From the NCBI GenBank assembly GCA_965248445.1, contig CBDFJG010000004.1, positions 1,664,001 through 1,728,000 on the forward strand: a stretch of 64,000 nt of DNA. Reading direction: 5' to 3'. Under the pieces are notes generated by a model. That model ran no database searches. It was not told the origin of the DNA and was given only the letters and a program-made list of their open reading frames with translations. The stretch's first letter is position 1; every line of letters begins with the position of its first letter. Shown here piece by piece: positions 28,712-38,666 of the stretch. Source of the stretch: Planctomycetota bacterium. GTDB lineage: Bacteria; Planctomycetota; JAJSAM01; JAJVHW01. The position numbers and the translations under genes are program-made.

Positions 28712-31199
28712 GCGGACTCGTCCCCCTACTGGCCGAGACGACACGCAGCGAACTGCGCTGGCACTCCCTGCCCGCACCGTGGTGCTCGCTCTGATCATCG
28801 TGCCTTCGGTCTGCCTCGTTGCTTGGTGGGGCTACCACCGCGAGAAAGACGTCCCCCTGCGCGCCCGCCTCGTGCTGGCCGGGCTTCGTGCGGGCGCGCT
28901 GATCGCGTTCCTCCTGCTACTGTTCGCACCGTACGTCGAACTCTCGCGCATGCGGACCGTGCGCTCCCATCTGGTGGTGTTGCTCGACTCGTCGGACTCG
29001 ATGTCGACCTCCGACACGTACGAGCCCGCCGACGCGACGAAGCTGGCAAAGGCGGCCGGCACGCGCGTCAGCGAACTCGACGGACGGACCCGCTTCGACC
29101 TCGCCCGCGACGTCCTGGGCAACTCTGAGAGCGGCCTGCTCGAGCGATTCGCCGAGAAGTACCGCGTCCACGTCATGACATTCGGCGCGCAGGTGACCCC
29201 GGTCGCGAGCACCGGCGACACCGCCGACGACGACGCGCCGGACGCGGTGCCGCCGTCGGACAGACTGCGGCTTCGCATCGCGGAGTTGCGCTCGGGCGAG
29301 TCGTCGACGCGGCTCGGTCAGTCGGTTGCCAGCGTCCTCGACACATTCCGGCTCCGCGACGAGCCGGTCGCGGGTGTCGTCGTGCTCTCCGACGGTCAGA
29401 GCAACGCGGGCACGCCGACTCCGCTGGCAGCTGGGCGTCGCGCGTCGTCGCAGGACGTCCCGGTGTTCGCCGTCGGCGTCGGGGATCCGCGCTCCCCCAA
29501 GAACGTCCACGTCTCGAATCTGCGCGCGAAGGAAGTCGTGCTCGCGCGCGACACCGCGGTGTTCGAGTTCGACGTCAGCGCGCGTGGCTTCGAGGGCCGG
29601 CCGGCCGAGGTCGAGATGCGGCGCCTGGACGACAACGGTCAGCCGGCCGGCAGCCCCATGCCGCTGCGGCCCGCATCGATCCAGCTCGAGGGTGGTGATG
29701 GCGCGCAGCACGTTCGCGTCGTTCACACATTCCTGCGCGCCGGCACGTACTCGCTCCGGATCGGCGTGCCCCCGCAGGAAGAAGAGCGCATCACAAGCGA
29801 CAACTGGGTCACGCACACGATGCGCGTCATCGATCGAAAGATCCAGGTGCTGTACGTCGAGGCGCCGCCGCGCTACGACTACATCTACCTGTCGAACGCG
29901 CTGACCCGCGACCACGACACGATCCGGGCGCACACGCTGCTCATGGATGCGGACAACGACACGCCGCAGCCGGCGACGCGCGCTCCGGGCTGGAAGCCCC
30001 TCGATCTGCGCGACGGCTTCCCCAAGCGCGAGAAGCTCTTCGAGTACGACGTGGTGATCCTCGGTGACGTGGACCCGGACGATCTGGGCCGCCGGCGGGA
30101 CGAGTCGCGCGAGGTCCTGGCCAACCTCCACGAGTTCGTGGAGACGGGCGGCGGCCTGATCCTCATCGCCGGAGCGCGTGACAACCCCAGCAGTTACAAG
30201 GGCACCGAGCTCGAGCCGCTCCTGCCGATCGTCGTCGACCGGACCGCCGAGAGTCTCGATCCGCAGGTCGATCCGCGGTCCGGCTTCCCCCTTCGCATCA
30301 CGCAACAGGGCGAGCGCAGTCCGCTCGTGAACGTGGCCGGAGACATGGAACGGTCGAAGGCGCTCTGGGAAACGTCGCGGTACTGGCAGCAGTTTTGGGT
30401 CTACCCATCACTGCGGGCCAAGTCGCTGGCGCAGGTGCTCGCCGTGTCCGGCCATCCCGAACACGAGAACAAGTTCGGCAAGCGACCGGCCATCGCCACG
30501 ATGAAGTACGGACGGGGCCGCGTTCTGTTCGTCGGTGTGGATGATCTGTGGCGCACACGCAAGGGCGTCGGCGATCTGTACTTCTATCGCTTCTACGGCG
30601 AGGCGGTGCGGCTGCTCGCGACGTACAAACTGCTCGGCGGAAACCGCCGTTTCAAGATCCTGACCGACCGCGATCAGTACGTCCTCGACGACACGGTCCG
30701 TGTGACGCTCGACGTGCTCGACAGCGACTACAAACCGTCCACCGAACCGAATCACACGGTGCGGCTGGAGATGCCGGGCGACCAGCCCGGCGATCGCGAG
30801 ACCGTGGATATCGAGATCCCGGCCGTCGGTAAGGAGGAGCCGGGCACGTTCCGGAAGACGATCACGCCGACCCGGTCCGGGCAGTACCTGCTCTACCGCG
30901 ATGCCGACGCGCCGGGCGAAGAGCCCGCGAAGAAGCTGTTCCAGGTCGTCCGCAGCACTCTCGAGGACCGCGATCTCCTGCTCGACGAGGCGACACTGGG
31001 CGGGATGGCGCGCGAGTCGTCCGGCGGACGATATCTGAACCTATGGGACCTGCCCGAGCTCGATCCACCGGCCCGAAGCCAGCCCGTGCCCACTGACGTG
31101 CGCCCGGACGAACTGTGGGACAATTGGTGGGCACTGGTGCTGGCCATCTCGCTGCTCGCGGCGGAGTGGCTGCTCCGCAAGCGATTCCAGATGGTGTGA
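28708..31199 (+). CDS. Membrane protein with vWA and glutamine-amidotransferase-like domains (probable 1-nt frameshift near 28782)
   Basis: LLDSSDSM MIDAS, LSDGQSN, YDVVILGDV, GRGRV, LAAEWLLRKR C-terminal TM. GTG 28708 overlaps the upstream stop and joins the 28779 frame if one G is added at ccgtgg|tg. Confidence 0.85.
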
Positions 31200-34100
31200 G
31201 ACCGACGACCACCCGCCACCGCCCCACTGCGTGGACGGCGAGCGCCTTGCTCGCGGTCGCGCTGGCCGTGACCAGCGCGCGGCCCGCCGCAGCGCAGGAT
31301 GCGCCGGAGGCAGAGGACCACGAGGGCCAGTCGTTCCAGGTCGGTGACGCCGACGAGTTGCGCCGCAGACTCGACGACTTCGAACGCCTCTCCGCGGCAG
31401 AGGACTGGGAACTCGCCGTCGACGAGCTTCAGGCGCTGCTCGACGTGCCACCGGAACAGGGCCTCGTCATTCGCGTGCGCGGCAACGGCATGCCGCGTTA
31501 CCACGGCGCGGGACACGTCGCGCACCGGATGTTCGCGGCATTGCCCCCGGCCGGCCGCGCGGAGTGGGAGGAGCTCTATCGCGCCGACGCGGAGGCGCTC
31601 CTCGACCGCGGCCTGCGGCTGCGCAACGACGCCGACCTCGCGGCGGCCATCCAGCGCTACCCCGCCGACGACGTCCGCCGCCGCGCGTACGACGCTCGAG
31701 CGCGTCTCGCATTCGCCCGCGGACAGTTCGCCTCCGGACGCGCAGCGCTGGAACGCCTCGCTACCCTCGCGGAGACGGATGCCGAGCGCGCGGGTATCAC
31801 CGCGCGGATCGCGTTCGCGCTCGCGCAGTCAGGTGACCGCATCGGCGTCGACCGCCTGATCACTCTTTCGGGAACACTGAAGGAGGAGCAAGTTCCCGGC
31901 GGCGACGGCCTCGTGCGCCTCGGTACGTTCCTCCGCGACATGGCCCGCGCGGCCGGACCGGCCACGGCAAGCGGCGGCTGGCCGATGTACGGCGGCGCAA
32001 CCGACGGACTTCCGCTTCGGTATCCCCTCCCGGTCCTCAGCAAGCCGTCCTCCGACAACGACGAGATCTGGCGCATGCAGACGGGTTTCGTCGAAGGTTC
32101 GCAGACCTACACGGACCGCACCCGCCGGCAGCGTCTGGGCCATCGACCGGTGCAGCCCGCCGTCTCGCGCAACGTCGTGTATGTGAACTCCGGGCTGGCC
32201 GTGTTCGCTATCGACGTCTCGTCGGGGCACATCCTCTGGCTGCACCGGGGCCCGCACCACGACGCAGACTGGCGCGACAACCGCCACATGGTGCACGGCG
32301 CCGCGGTGGTCGGAGACGTCGTGTACGCCGCTGTGGCGTCGCGCTCGGACGCTCCCAACATGGAGCGCCTGTTCTACGGGCACCCGATCGTCTATCCGCT
32401 GCCCCACCGCACGCTCGTCGCCCTGGACACGCGTTCGGGTGACGTTCTCTGGTCGCACGACGACGCATCGCTCGCCCGTACGGAGCATCCCGACACCGAC
32501 CTGATCAGTGCGGAGTCCGTCGCCTCACCGCCACTCGTGGTGGGCGACGACCTCCTCGTCGCGTCGTGGCGTTGGGAGGCGCTCTTCTCCGTTCGCGTCG
32601 TGTGCTACGACCGCCACACCGGGCACACGCGCTGGCGCCGCAACGTCACACTCGGGCAGCAGGAGCTGAACCTGTTCGGACGGCCCGTCAAGGAACTCGC
32701 CACGACCGCGCTGGCGGAGCGCGACGGCGTCATCTACTTCGGCACGAACCTCGGTGTGGTAGCCGCGCTCGATCGTGAGAGCGGCAACGTCGTCTGGTTG
32801 ACCACGTACCCCCAGACGCCCATCCCGCGTTCCGAGTACTGGTATCAGACGGTCGAGCGCGGCGTTCGCTGGCACCCGGGGCCCGTCGTGGTGACGGATC
32901 GTCACCTGCTGATTGCGCCGACTGAGTCTCCGAACCTGCTCGCGATCGAGCGGGACACCGGAAAGATCGCCTGGCTGCGCCGCGACCGGGACCGGGCGCT
33001 CCGCAACGAAGACTGGTTCCTCGGCGTGCAGGACGGCCGCGCATACACGCTCGGCGACCACCTGTCCGCGACGTTCGTCGAGACCGGCAAGCCCGCGTTC
33101 AGCGTCCGTCTCAAGAACGAGAAGGGTCAGAGCCGGCCGGCCGGCGGCGCAGGCGTCCTGGCGAAAGACGGAGTGCTCGTCGGAACCACCGACTCGCTGC
33201 TGCGCCTCGACTCCGCCACGGGGAAGTTGATCTCCGAGACGCCCATGCGACGGGGGGGCGACGGCGCGTTCGCGGGTGATCTCCTCTCGGCGGACGGCGT
33301 GCTGTTCGCCATCACGCAGTCGGCCGTGACCGCTCACTACGACCCGGTGCATCGGCGCGCCGAACTGCTGCGCCGTCTGGCGAACGACCCGGACGATCCG
33401 CGACTCCGTCTCGAAGCGGGCGAGGTCTTCCGTCTGACGGGTGATCTCGACGACGCCGTCTCCTCGCTCGAGGTCGGACTGCGCAACATCACCGGGCTCG
33501 CGGCGCGTGCGCGAGAGCGCATCGAGGGTCCCCTCCGGCGCTCGCTCTACGACGCCTACTCGGATCGCGGAGCGAGCCGGCGGAAACTCAGCGACATCGC
33601 GGGCGCCATCGAGGACTTCGAGCGTGCCGCCGACATCGCGAGCGACGACGCCGCTGCGGTGCTCGCGCTCTTCGAGGTGGCGGCGGTCGCAGAGAGCAAG
33701 CGGCGCCGCCAGGCGTACGAGCGAATCCTGCAAGAGTACGCCGGCACGCGGGTCACGTTCCCGAGCGGGGAGCGGCGTCACGCCGGTGCCTATGCGGCGT
33801 TCATGCTCGGAGACGAGTTGTCGGTGCGCGGCGACGTGCAGGGCGCGCTCCGTACGTGGCTCGACCTGCTCGAGGAGCACGCAGACGAGGACCTGGGCAA
33901 GTCCGACGTTCGGGGCGGCGTGCACCAGCGGCTCGCGCGACTTGCCGAGACCCAACCCAATCAGGTGAACAAGGCGGTGCGCGAGCGGTCGCGCAGCGCG
34001 TTCGAGCGCGCGCGCGACCGCGCGGACGCGTCGGCGCTCGACCGCGTGGCGCGCCTCTATCCGCATCCGGAGACGGCCGTCGAAGCGGCGCTGCTGGCGG

Positions 34101-35629
34101 CGCAGATTCACATCGGCGCCGGTGACCCGCGGCCGGCGGTCACCGGATTGCGCCGGCTGCTCGGGACGAAGCCGCCTGCCGCGTCGGCCGCACGCCTTCT
34201 GGTCGCGCTCGCAGACGCCTACCGGGCGTTCGATGACCCGTCGTCCGAGCGCGCAGCGTTGACGCGGCTGGCTCGCGAGCATGGCGACGTACAGCTCTCG
34301 GGACAGTCGGCGCTGGCGTTCGCCACCGCGCGCCTGGCCGATCCGCGACTCGTCGGACCGTCTGTCGAACTCCCCCGCCCTGAGCCGCCTCTGGTGAAGA
34401 TCTGGGAGCGCAAGGGGCATGGCGTCGCGCCCCGCATCGTTGCAGTCCACGGCCGGCATCCGGACGGCCTGGAAGAACGCATGCTTGCGACGCGCGGCGA
34501 CACGATGCTGGCGATCGGCGAGCGCACCGGAGAAGTCGAGTGGATGACGCCCGTCGCGACGGATCCGCGTCACGGCGTCATCGGGCACCGCGGCCTCGTC
34601 ATCGTCGCCGGCAGCGAGAAGCGCGCGGTCGAGAGCACCGTCCTCGTCGAAGCGTTCCGCGCCCACGACGGCCAGCCCGCATGGGCCCGGCGCCTGGCCG
34701 GGAGGCATCGCTCGCACGCGCTCGGCGAGGGCGTCCTCTACGTGCTCTGGCGCGCGCCGATGGATGCTTCGGGGGCGGCGCGCTACCACCTCTCGTCGAT
34801 CGACCTGAGCAGTGGCGAAGTGGCCGCGGACCGGACGCTCGAGGGACCCGTGAACGAGCAACTGGTCGTCAGCGACAATGCGGTGCTGGTGTTCCGGACG
34901 ATCGTCAACGGCGGTCGCGCACAGCGCGTCGCCGAAGTGCTCGACGGCGGTACGCTCGCGCTCCGCGGACGCGTCGCATACGACTCGGGCGGGTCTCAAC
35001 GGCTCGCGGCCGCGGTTCCCGAACGCCCGGTCGTCGTGGGTCTGTCCGGCGCGACGTCGCTGATCGGGATCGACGTCCACACCGGGGAACGGGCCTGGAC
35101 GAAGAGCCTCGGGGAGATCCCCATCGCGACGCTGCTCCCGGTGCCCGGCGGACTGATCACGATCGACGGCGAGGGTCATCTGAGGCGGCTCTCCCCCGAT
35201 GGCGAGGAGCGCTGGAGCGCCGATCTGAGCGTGCTCGGCAGCTTCGCGTTCGGCGGCAGCGCCGCCGCGGACGGCACCGTTGTCGTGCCTGTCGTCCAGA
35301 GCGGCAGCGGCAAGGGCGCGACCATCGTGGCAATCGACGCGGGCAGCGGCGAAGAGCTGTGGCGCGTCCCCATCGCGCTGGCGCGCCGGGCGATGCCGCG
35401 GGCCACGATCACGCGAAATCACGTGGCCATCGAGATCAACGAGAACCTCGGACGCGGCCAGTGGCGCTCGCGGGTCGTGTTCTTGAACCGTGAGAACGGC
35501 GAGACCGAGTGGGAGCTCTCCGACCCGGAACTGTCCAAGTCGTTCCTGAAGGTTCGCTACGACCGGTCGTTCGTGGTTCTGGCGACACTCGGCACCGGCG
35601 GCCAGCATGTCGTCGTCTATGGGAAGTAA
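31196..35629 (+). CDS. Large exported PQQ-like beta-propeller + TPR protein
   Basis: Signal peptide (AAA-QD), WPMYGG, repeated xDxxxGxxxW blades in two clusters separated by a TPR/helical region. Confidence 0.88.
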   Translation: MRPTTTRHRPTAWTASALLAVALAVTSARPAAAQDAPEAEDHEGQSFQVGDADELRRRLDDFERLSAAEDWELAVDELQALLDVPPEQGLVIRVRGNGMPRYHGAGHVAHRMFAALPPAGRAEWEELYRADAEALLDRGLRLRNDADLAAAIQRYPADDVRRRAYDARARLAFARGQFASGRAALERLATLAETDAERAGITARIAFALAQSGDRIGVDRLITLSGTLKEEQVPGGDGLVRLGTFLRDMARAAGPATASGGWPMYGGATDGLPLRYPLPVLSKPSSDNDEIWRMQTGFVEGSQTYTDRTRRQRLGHRPVQPAVSRNVVYVNSGLAVFAIDVSSGHILWLHRGPHHDADWRDNRHMVHGAAVVGDVVYAAVASRSDAPNMERLFYGHPIVYPLPHRTLVALDTRSGDVLWSHDDASLARTEHPDTDLISAESVASPPLVVGDDLLVASWRWEALFSVRVVCYDRHTGHTRWRRNVTLGQQELNLFGRPVKELATTALAERDGVIYFGTNLGVVAALDRESGNVVWLTTYPQTPIPRSEYWYQTVERGVRWHPGPVVVTDRHLLIAPTESPNLLAIERDTGKIAWLRRDRDRALRNEDWFLGVQDGRAYTLGDHLSATFVETGKPAFSVRLKNEKGQSRPAGGAGVLAKDGVLVGTTDSLLRLDSATGKLISETPMRRGGDGAFAGDLLSADGVLFAITQSAVTAHYDPVHRRAELLRRLANDPDDPRLRLEAGEVFRLTGDLDDAVSSLEVGLRNITGLAARARERIEGPLRRSLYDAYSDRGASRRKLSDIAGAIEDFERAADIASDDAAAVLALFEVAAVAESKRRRQAYERILQEYAGTRVTFPSGERRHAGAYAAFMLGDELSVRGDVQGALRTWLDLLEEHADEDLGKSDVRGGVHQRLARLAETQPNQVNKAVRERSRSAFERARDRADASALDRVARLYPHPETAVEAALLAAQIHIGAGDPRPAVTGLRRLLGTKPPAASAARLLVALADAYRAFDDPSSERAALTRLAREHGDVQLSGQSALAFATARLADPRLVGPSVELPRPEPPLVKIWERKGHGVAPRIVAVHGRHPDGLEERMLATRGDTMLAIGERTGEVEWMTPVATDPRHGVIGHRGLVIVAGSEKRAVESTVLVEAFRAHDGQPAWARRLAGRHRSHALGEGVLYVLWRAPMDASGAARYHLSSIDLSSGEVAADRTLEGPVNEQLVVSDNAVLVFRTIVNGGRAQRVAEVLDGGTLALRGRVAYDSGGSQRLAAAVPERPVVVGLSGATSLIGIDVHTGERAWTKSLGEIPIATLLPVPGGLITIDGEGHLRRLSPDGEERWSADLSVLGSFAFGGSAAADGTVVVPVVQSGSGKGATIVAIDAGSGEELWRVPIALARRAMPRATITRNHVAIEINENLGRGQWRSRVVFLNRENGETEWELSDPELSKSFLKVRYDRSFVVLATLGTGGQHVVVYGK

Positions 35630-35670
35630 TCCGCCGGTTCCCGACGTCTCGGACGACGCCGCCGGACGTC

Positions 35671-35676
35671 TATACT
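35671..35676 (+). promoter_or_regulatory. Candidate -10 box (TATACT) upstream of the prenyltransferase-repeat gene
   Basis: TATACT in an otherwise GC-rich spacer, ~33 nt before ATG 35709; no clear -35. Confidence 0.35.
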
Positions 35677-35708
35677 CACTGGGCGCCCAGCCGGCGCGAC
35701 CCACCACG

Positions 35709-36965
35709 ATGCGACCCACCCCAGTGCGACCCACCCTCGATCGAACCACCACCGCCCGACCCGCCCTCCGTGTGACGGGCGTCCTGGTCCTGCTGGGAGC
35801 GCTGGTCGGCGGCCTCTGGCCGCTGGCGGCGACATCCGAGGAAGCCGAGTCGGCGGGACTGACCACGCCGGCCTCCCGCGCGGCCGCCAAGAAGTCGCTG
35901 GAGTGGCTCGACAAGCACCAGCGGGAAGACGGCGCGTGGCACTCCGACGTCGGGTTCAAGCTGAACAACTCATATCACGTCGAGCATCCCAACAAGGCGC
36001 ACATCGGCGTGACGGCACTGTGCGGCACCGCATTCCTCGCATCGGGCAGCGTGCCTGGACGCGGGACGTACGCGAAGAACGTCGACCGGGCTCTCGAGTA
36101 CGTGCTGTCCAAGCAGGACAAGACGACCGGGTTCATCGCCGACAACGGAACGCGCATGTACAGCCATGCGTTCGCGACGCTCTTCCTGGCCGAGGTCTAT
36201 GGCACCACGCGCGACGAACGAGTGCGCAAGGCGCTGCAGCTGGCCGTCGAGTTCACGTACAAGGCGCAGAACGACCAGGGCGGCTGGCGCTACGTGCCGA
36301 ACGCCGAAGACTCGGACATGTCCATCACCGTCTGCCAGGTGGTGGCGCTGCGCGCGGCCAAGAACAAGGGCATCCGCGTGCCGAAGACGAGCATCGATGC
36401 GGCCGTGGACTACGTGCTGCGCTCCGCGGTCACCCGCGACACACACCAATTCAGGAAGGGCGCGTTCCTCTACCAGTACCAGTCCACAAATCGGGCTGCG
36501 GAAGAGAACACCCGCACGTCGTTCGCGCTCACCGCAGCGGGTCTCACGACTCTCTACGGAGCCGGCGTCTACACCGACGAGGACATCCGGCGCTTCGTCC
36601 AGGAGCGCGAGATCAACCGCTTCCAGTCGAGCCGGGATCCGATGCCGTCGTTCCGCTCGATGGTCGACTACGTGTTGAGCAGCTACGACGGCGTGCAGCG
36701 GTCCTGGTCGAACCACTACTTCTACTACTACGGCAACTACTATGCGGCCCAGGCGATGTTCATCACCGGCGGCCGCGCCTGGGAGCGCTACTACACGCGC
36801 GTCCGCGACGACCTCGTGAACACGCAGCTGCGCGACGGGTCATGGGACTGCGTTGTGCGCTACACGCCGCGGGACGGCAGCCGCCACGAGTTCCCGCTAT
36901 CGACGGCGGTCGGCGCGATGCTGCTCCAGATCCCGAACAACTACCTGCCGATCTTCCAGAGATAG
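35709..36965 (+). CDS. Prenyltransferase/squalene-oxidase repeat (alpha/alpha-barrel) protein, paralogue 1
   Basis: QW-type repeats QREDGAW, QNDQGGWRY, QLRDGSW; MYSHAFATLFLAE; N-terminal signal/TM; ends LPIFQR. Start may be 35619. Confidence 0.9.
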   Translation: MRPTPVRPTLDRTTTARPALRVTGVLVLLGALVGGLWPLAATSEEAESAGLTTPASRAAAKKSLEWLDKHQREDGAWHSDVGFKLNNSYHVEHPNKAHIGVTALCGTAFLASGSVPGRGTYAKNVDRALEYVLSKQDKTTGFIADNGTRMYSHAFATLFLAEVYGTTRDERVRKALQLAVEFTYKAQNDQGGWRYVPNAEDSDMSITVCQVVALRAAKNKGIRVPKTSIDAAVDYVLRSAVTRDTHQFRKGAFLYQYQSTNRAAEENTRTSFALTAAGLTTLYGAGVYTDEDIRRFVQEREINRFQSSRDPMPSFRSMVDYVLSSYDGVQRSWSNHYFYYYGNYYAAQAMFITGGRAWERYYTRVRDDLVNTQLRDGSWDCVVRYTPRDGSRHEFPLSTAVGAMLLQIPNNYLPIFQR

Positions 36966-36994
36966 ATGGAGCCGGCGAGCGGCCGCGCAACGCG

Positions 36995-37528
36995 CTACTC
37001 GAACTTGCCCTTCGTCTTGATCGTGCCCTTCACGCGGTTCCCCGCGCCCTCTCCGCTGGCGATCGTCCCCTCGAACTTGATTTTGTAGTTGAACTTCTTC
37101 TTCACGCCGCCGGTGGTCTGCTTGCCGTTGAACTTGGCGTTCGCCTCTGTGACGGCGATGTCGACTCCGTGAACGTCGAGGACCACGTTCTCGACGAGCG
37201 TCATCACGACGGCGTCGTCCTCTGACCGGATCTTCGCCTTCTTCGTGCCCTTGATATCGGCCGTGCCCGCGAACGTGCCGTACGTCCCGGCGGTCAGGCT
37301 GTACGTGCCGGTCAGACCCCCGATCGTTCCGGAGATCGTCACCGGCACCTCCAGCTTCAGCTTCTGGCTCTTGGCCTTGCCCGGCGACTTGCTGGGTGGG
37401 TTGCCGAACAGCCGGAGGAAGACGACGAAGATCGAGTTGTGGACGATCCCGAGTTCGAAGCAGCCGGTGAGCGGCGCGGTCAGCCCGACCACAGCCAGCA
37501 GCGCGGCGGCTGTACGAAGTCTCCTCAC
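36995..37528 (-). CDS. Hypothetical Lys-rich lipoprotein
   Basis: GTG start, hydrophobic stretch, lipobox-like LTGC, beta-rich mature region. Confidence 0.7.
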   Translation of the reverse strand: MRRLRTAAALLAVVGLTAPLTGCFELGIVHNSIFVVFLRLFGNPPSKSPGKAKSQKLKLEVPVTISGTIGGLTGTYSLTAGTYGTFAGTADIKGTKKAKIRSEDDAVVMTLVENVVLDVHGVDIAVTEANAKFNGKQTTGGVKKKFNYKIKFEGTIASGEGAGNRVKGTIKTKGKFE

Positions 37529-37708
37529 GCGTTCCCTCCCCGGCGCACAGTGGCGACGCCGAGCCCAAGGTAGCACGAGGGGGTGGCCGGGCCGGGCGAG
37601 GCTGCGACGAGCCCGGGGCCGGGCTGGTACTCTCCCGCGACGAAAAAAGTCGAACCTCTGGTGAACCGGTTCGGAGGGGACCCGGTTCGACGGTTTCGTG
37701 CCCTCGGC

Positions 37709-38359
37709 ATGCCCACCCGCGACCCCACCCAGCCTTCTTCCGGGCCAGCCTCTACTGGCCCTGCAGGCAAGGGGTACGGCCAACAGGCCTCCGTGCGCTG
37801 CATGGAGCGACTCGCCCGCGGTGACGAAACGGCCCTTGCGGAGCTCTACGAGCGATGGTCCCGCCCTCTTCTGAGCTTCCTCTACGGCATGTGCCGGGAC
37901 CGGGCCCTCTGCGAGGACCTGCTGCAGGGGGTCTTCCTGCGCGTCTGGAAGGCCGCGCCGCGCTACAAGCCGCTCGCCAAGTTCTCGACCTGGCTGTTCC
38001 AGATAGCCCGCAACCACTGGCTGAACGAGCGCGAGAAGAAGATGCGCCGCATCCGGCCCACCTCGCTCGACACGGGCAACGCGGACGAGGGCAGATCCAG
38101 CTTGGGATCCCGTGTGGCGGACGACACGCCGGGGCCCGTCACGATGGCGCTGCACGGCGAGCTGGACGACCACATCCAGGCCGCCGTCGAGCGGCTACCG
38201 GAGAAGCTGCGCAGCGTGTGGATGCTCGGCGCCGCGCAGGGGCTCCCCTACCGCGAGGTGGCGGACATCCTGGAGATCCCGGTCGGCACCGTGAAGTCGC
38301 GGATGTTCCAGGCCGTGCGCCTGCTGCGCGAGGCGCTCGCGCCGTACGTCTCGGGATAG
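37709..38359 (+). CDS. ECF sigma-70 factor
   Basis: Region 2 EDLLQGVFLRVW...FSTWLFQIARN; region 4 GLPYREVADILEIPVGTVKSR. Start uncertain (37709 or 37802). Confidence 0.93.
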   Translation: MPTRDPTQPSSGPASTGPAGKGYGQQASVRCMERLARGDETALAELYERWSRPLLSFLYGMCRDRALCEDLLQGVFLRVWKAAPRYKPLAKFSTWLFQIARNHWLNEREKKMRRIRPTSLDTGNADEGRSSLGSRVADDTPGPVTMALHGELDDHIQAAVERLPEKLRSVWMLGAAQGLPYREVADILEIPVGTVKSRMFQAVRLLREALAPYVSG

Positions 38360-38547
38360 GGCGTCTCGGGGTAGAGCCTGTGCTGGGCCGAACCTCAGCG
38401 CCACCGAGCGGGTTACCCGCGTATCACATCCGCAGACGCCCCGGTGCTGCGACCACGCAGATGAGCCGACTCCTCCTGGCGGGGAGGTCCGTGACTCGCG
38501 CGGCGACGCACTGCCGCGGGCACGACACAACAGAACCGCATTTCAAT

Positions 38548-38650
38548 CTGGCCCGTCCGCTGACGCGCACGGAGCTGTACCCGCTGGCCCGTCCGCTGAC
38601 GCGGACGGAGCTGTACCCGCTGGCCCGTCCGCTGACGCGGACGGAGCTGT
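38548..38650 (+). repeat. 36-bp tandem repeat (~2.9 units), each with a palindrome
   Basis: Unit CTGGCCCGTCCGCTGACGCGGACGGAGCTGTACCCG containing CCGTCCGC-TGAC-GCGGACGG (one mismatch in unit 1). Confidence 0.9.
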
Positions 38651-38666
38651 CCGGAGGAGTCCGCCC

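Noticed and set aside
32525..35968. 1147-aa antisense ORF and other long shadow ORFs (e.g. 53960-56251, 40063-41610, 82-1035)
   Set aside because: They overlap better-supported genes on the other strand, lack motifs, and are expected in high-GC DNA.
35709..36965. Squalene-hopene cyclase (shc)
   Set aside because: Too short (single barrel), no DXDD motif, export signal present, no hpn genes nearby.
38548..38650. CRISPR array (36-bp palindromic repeats)
   Set aside because: Units are head-to-tail with no spacers, and there are no cas genes in the window.
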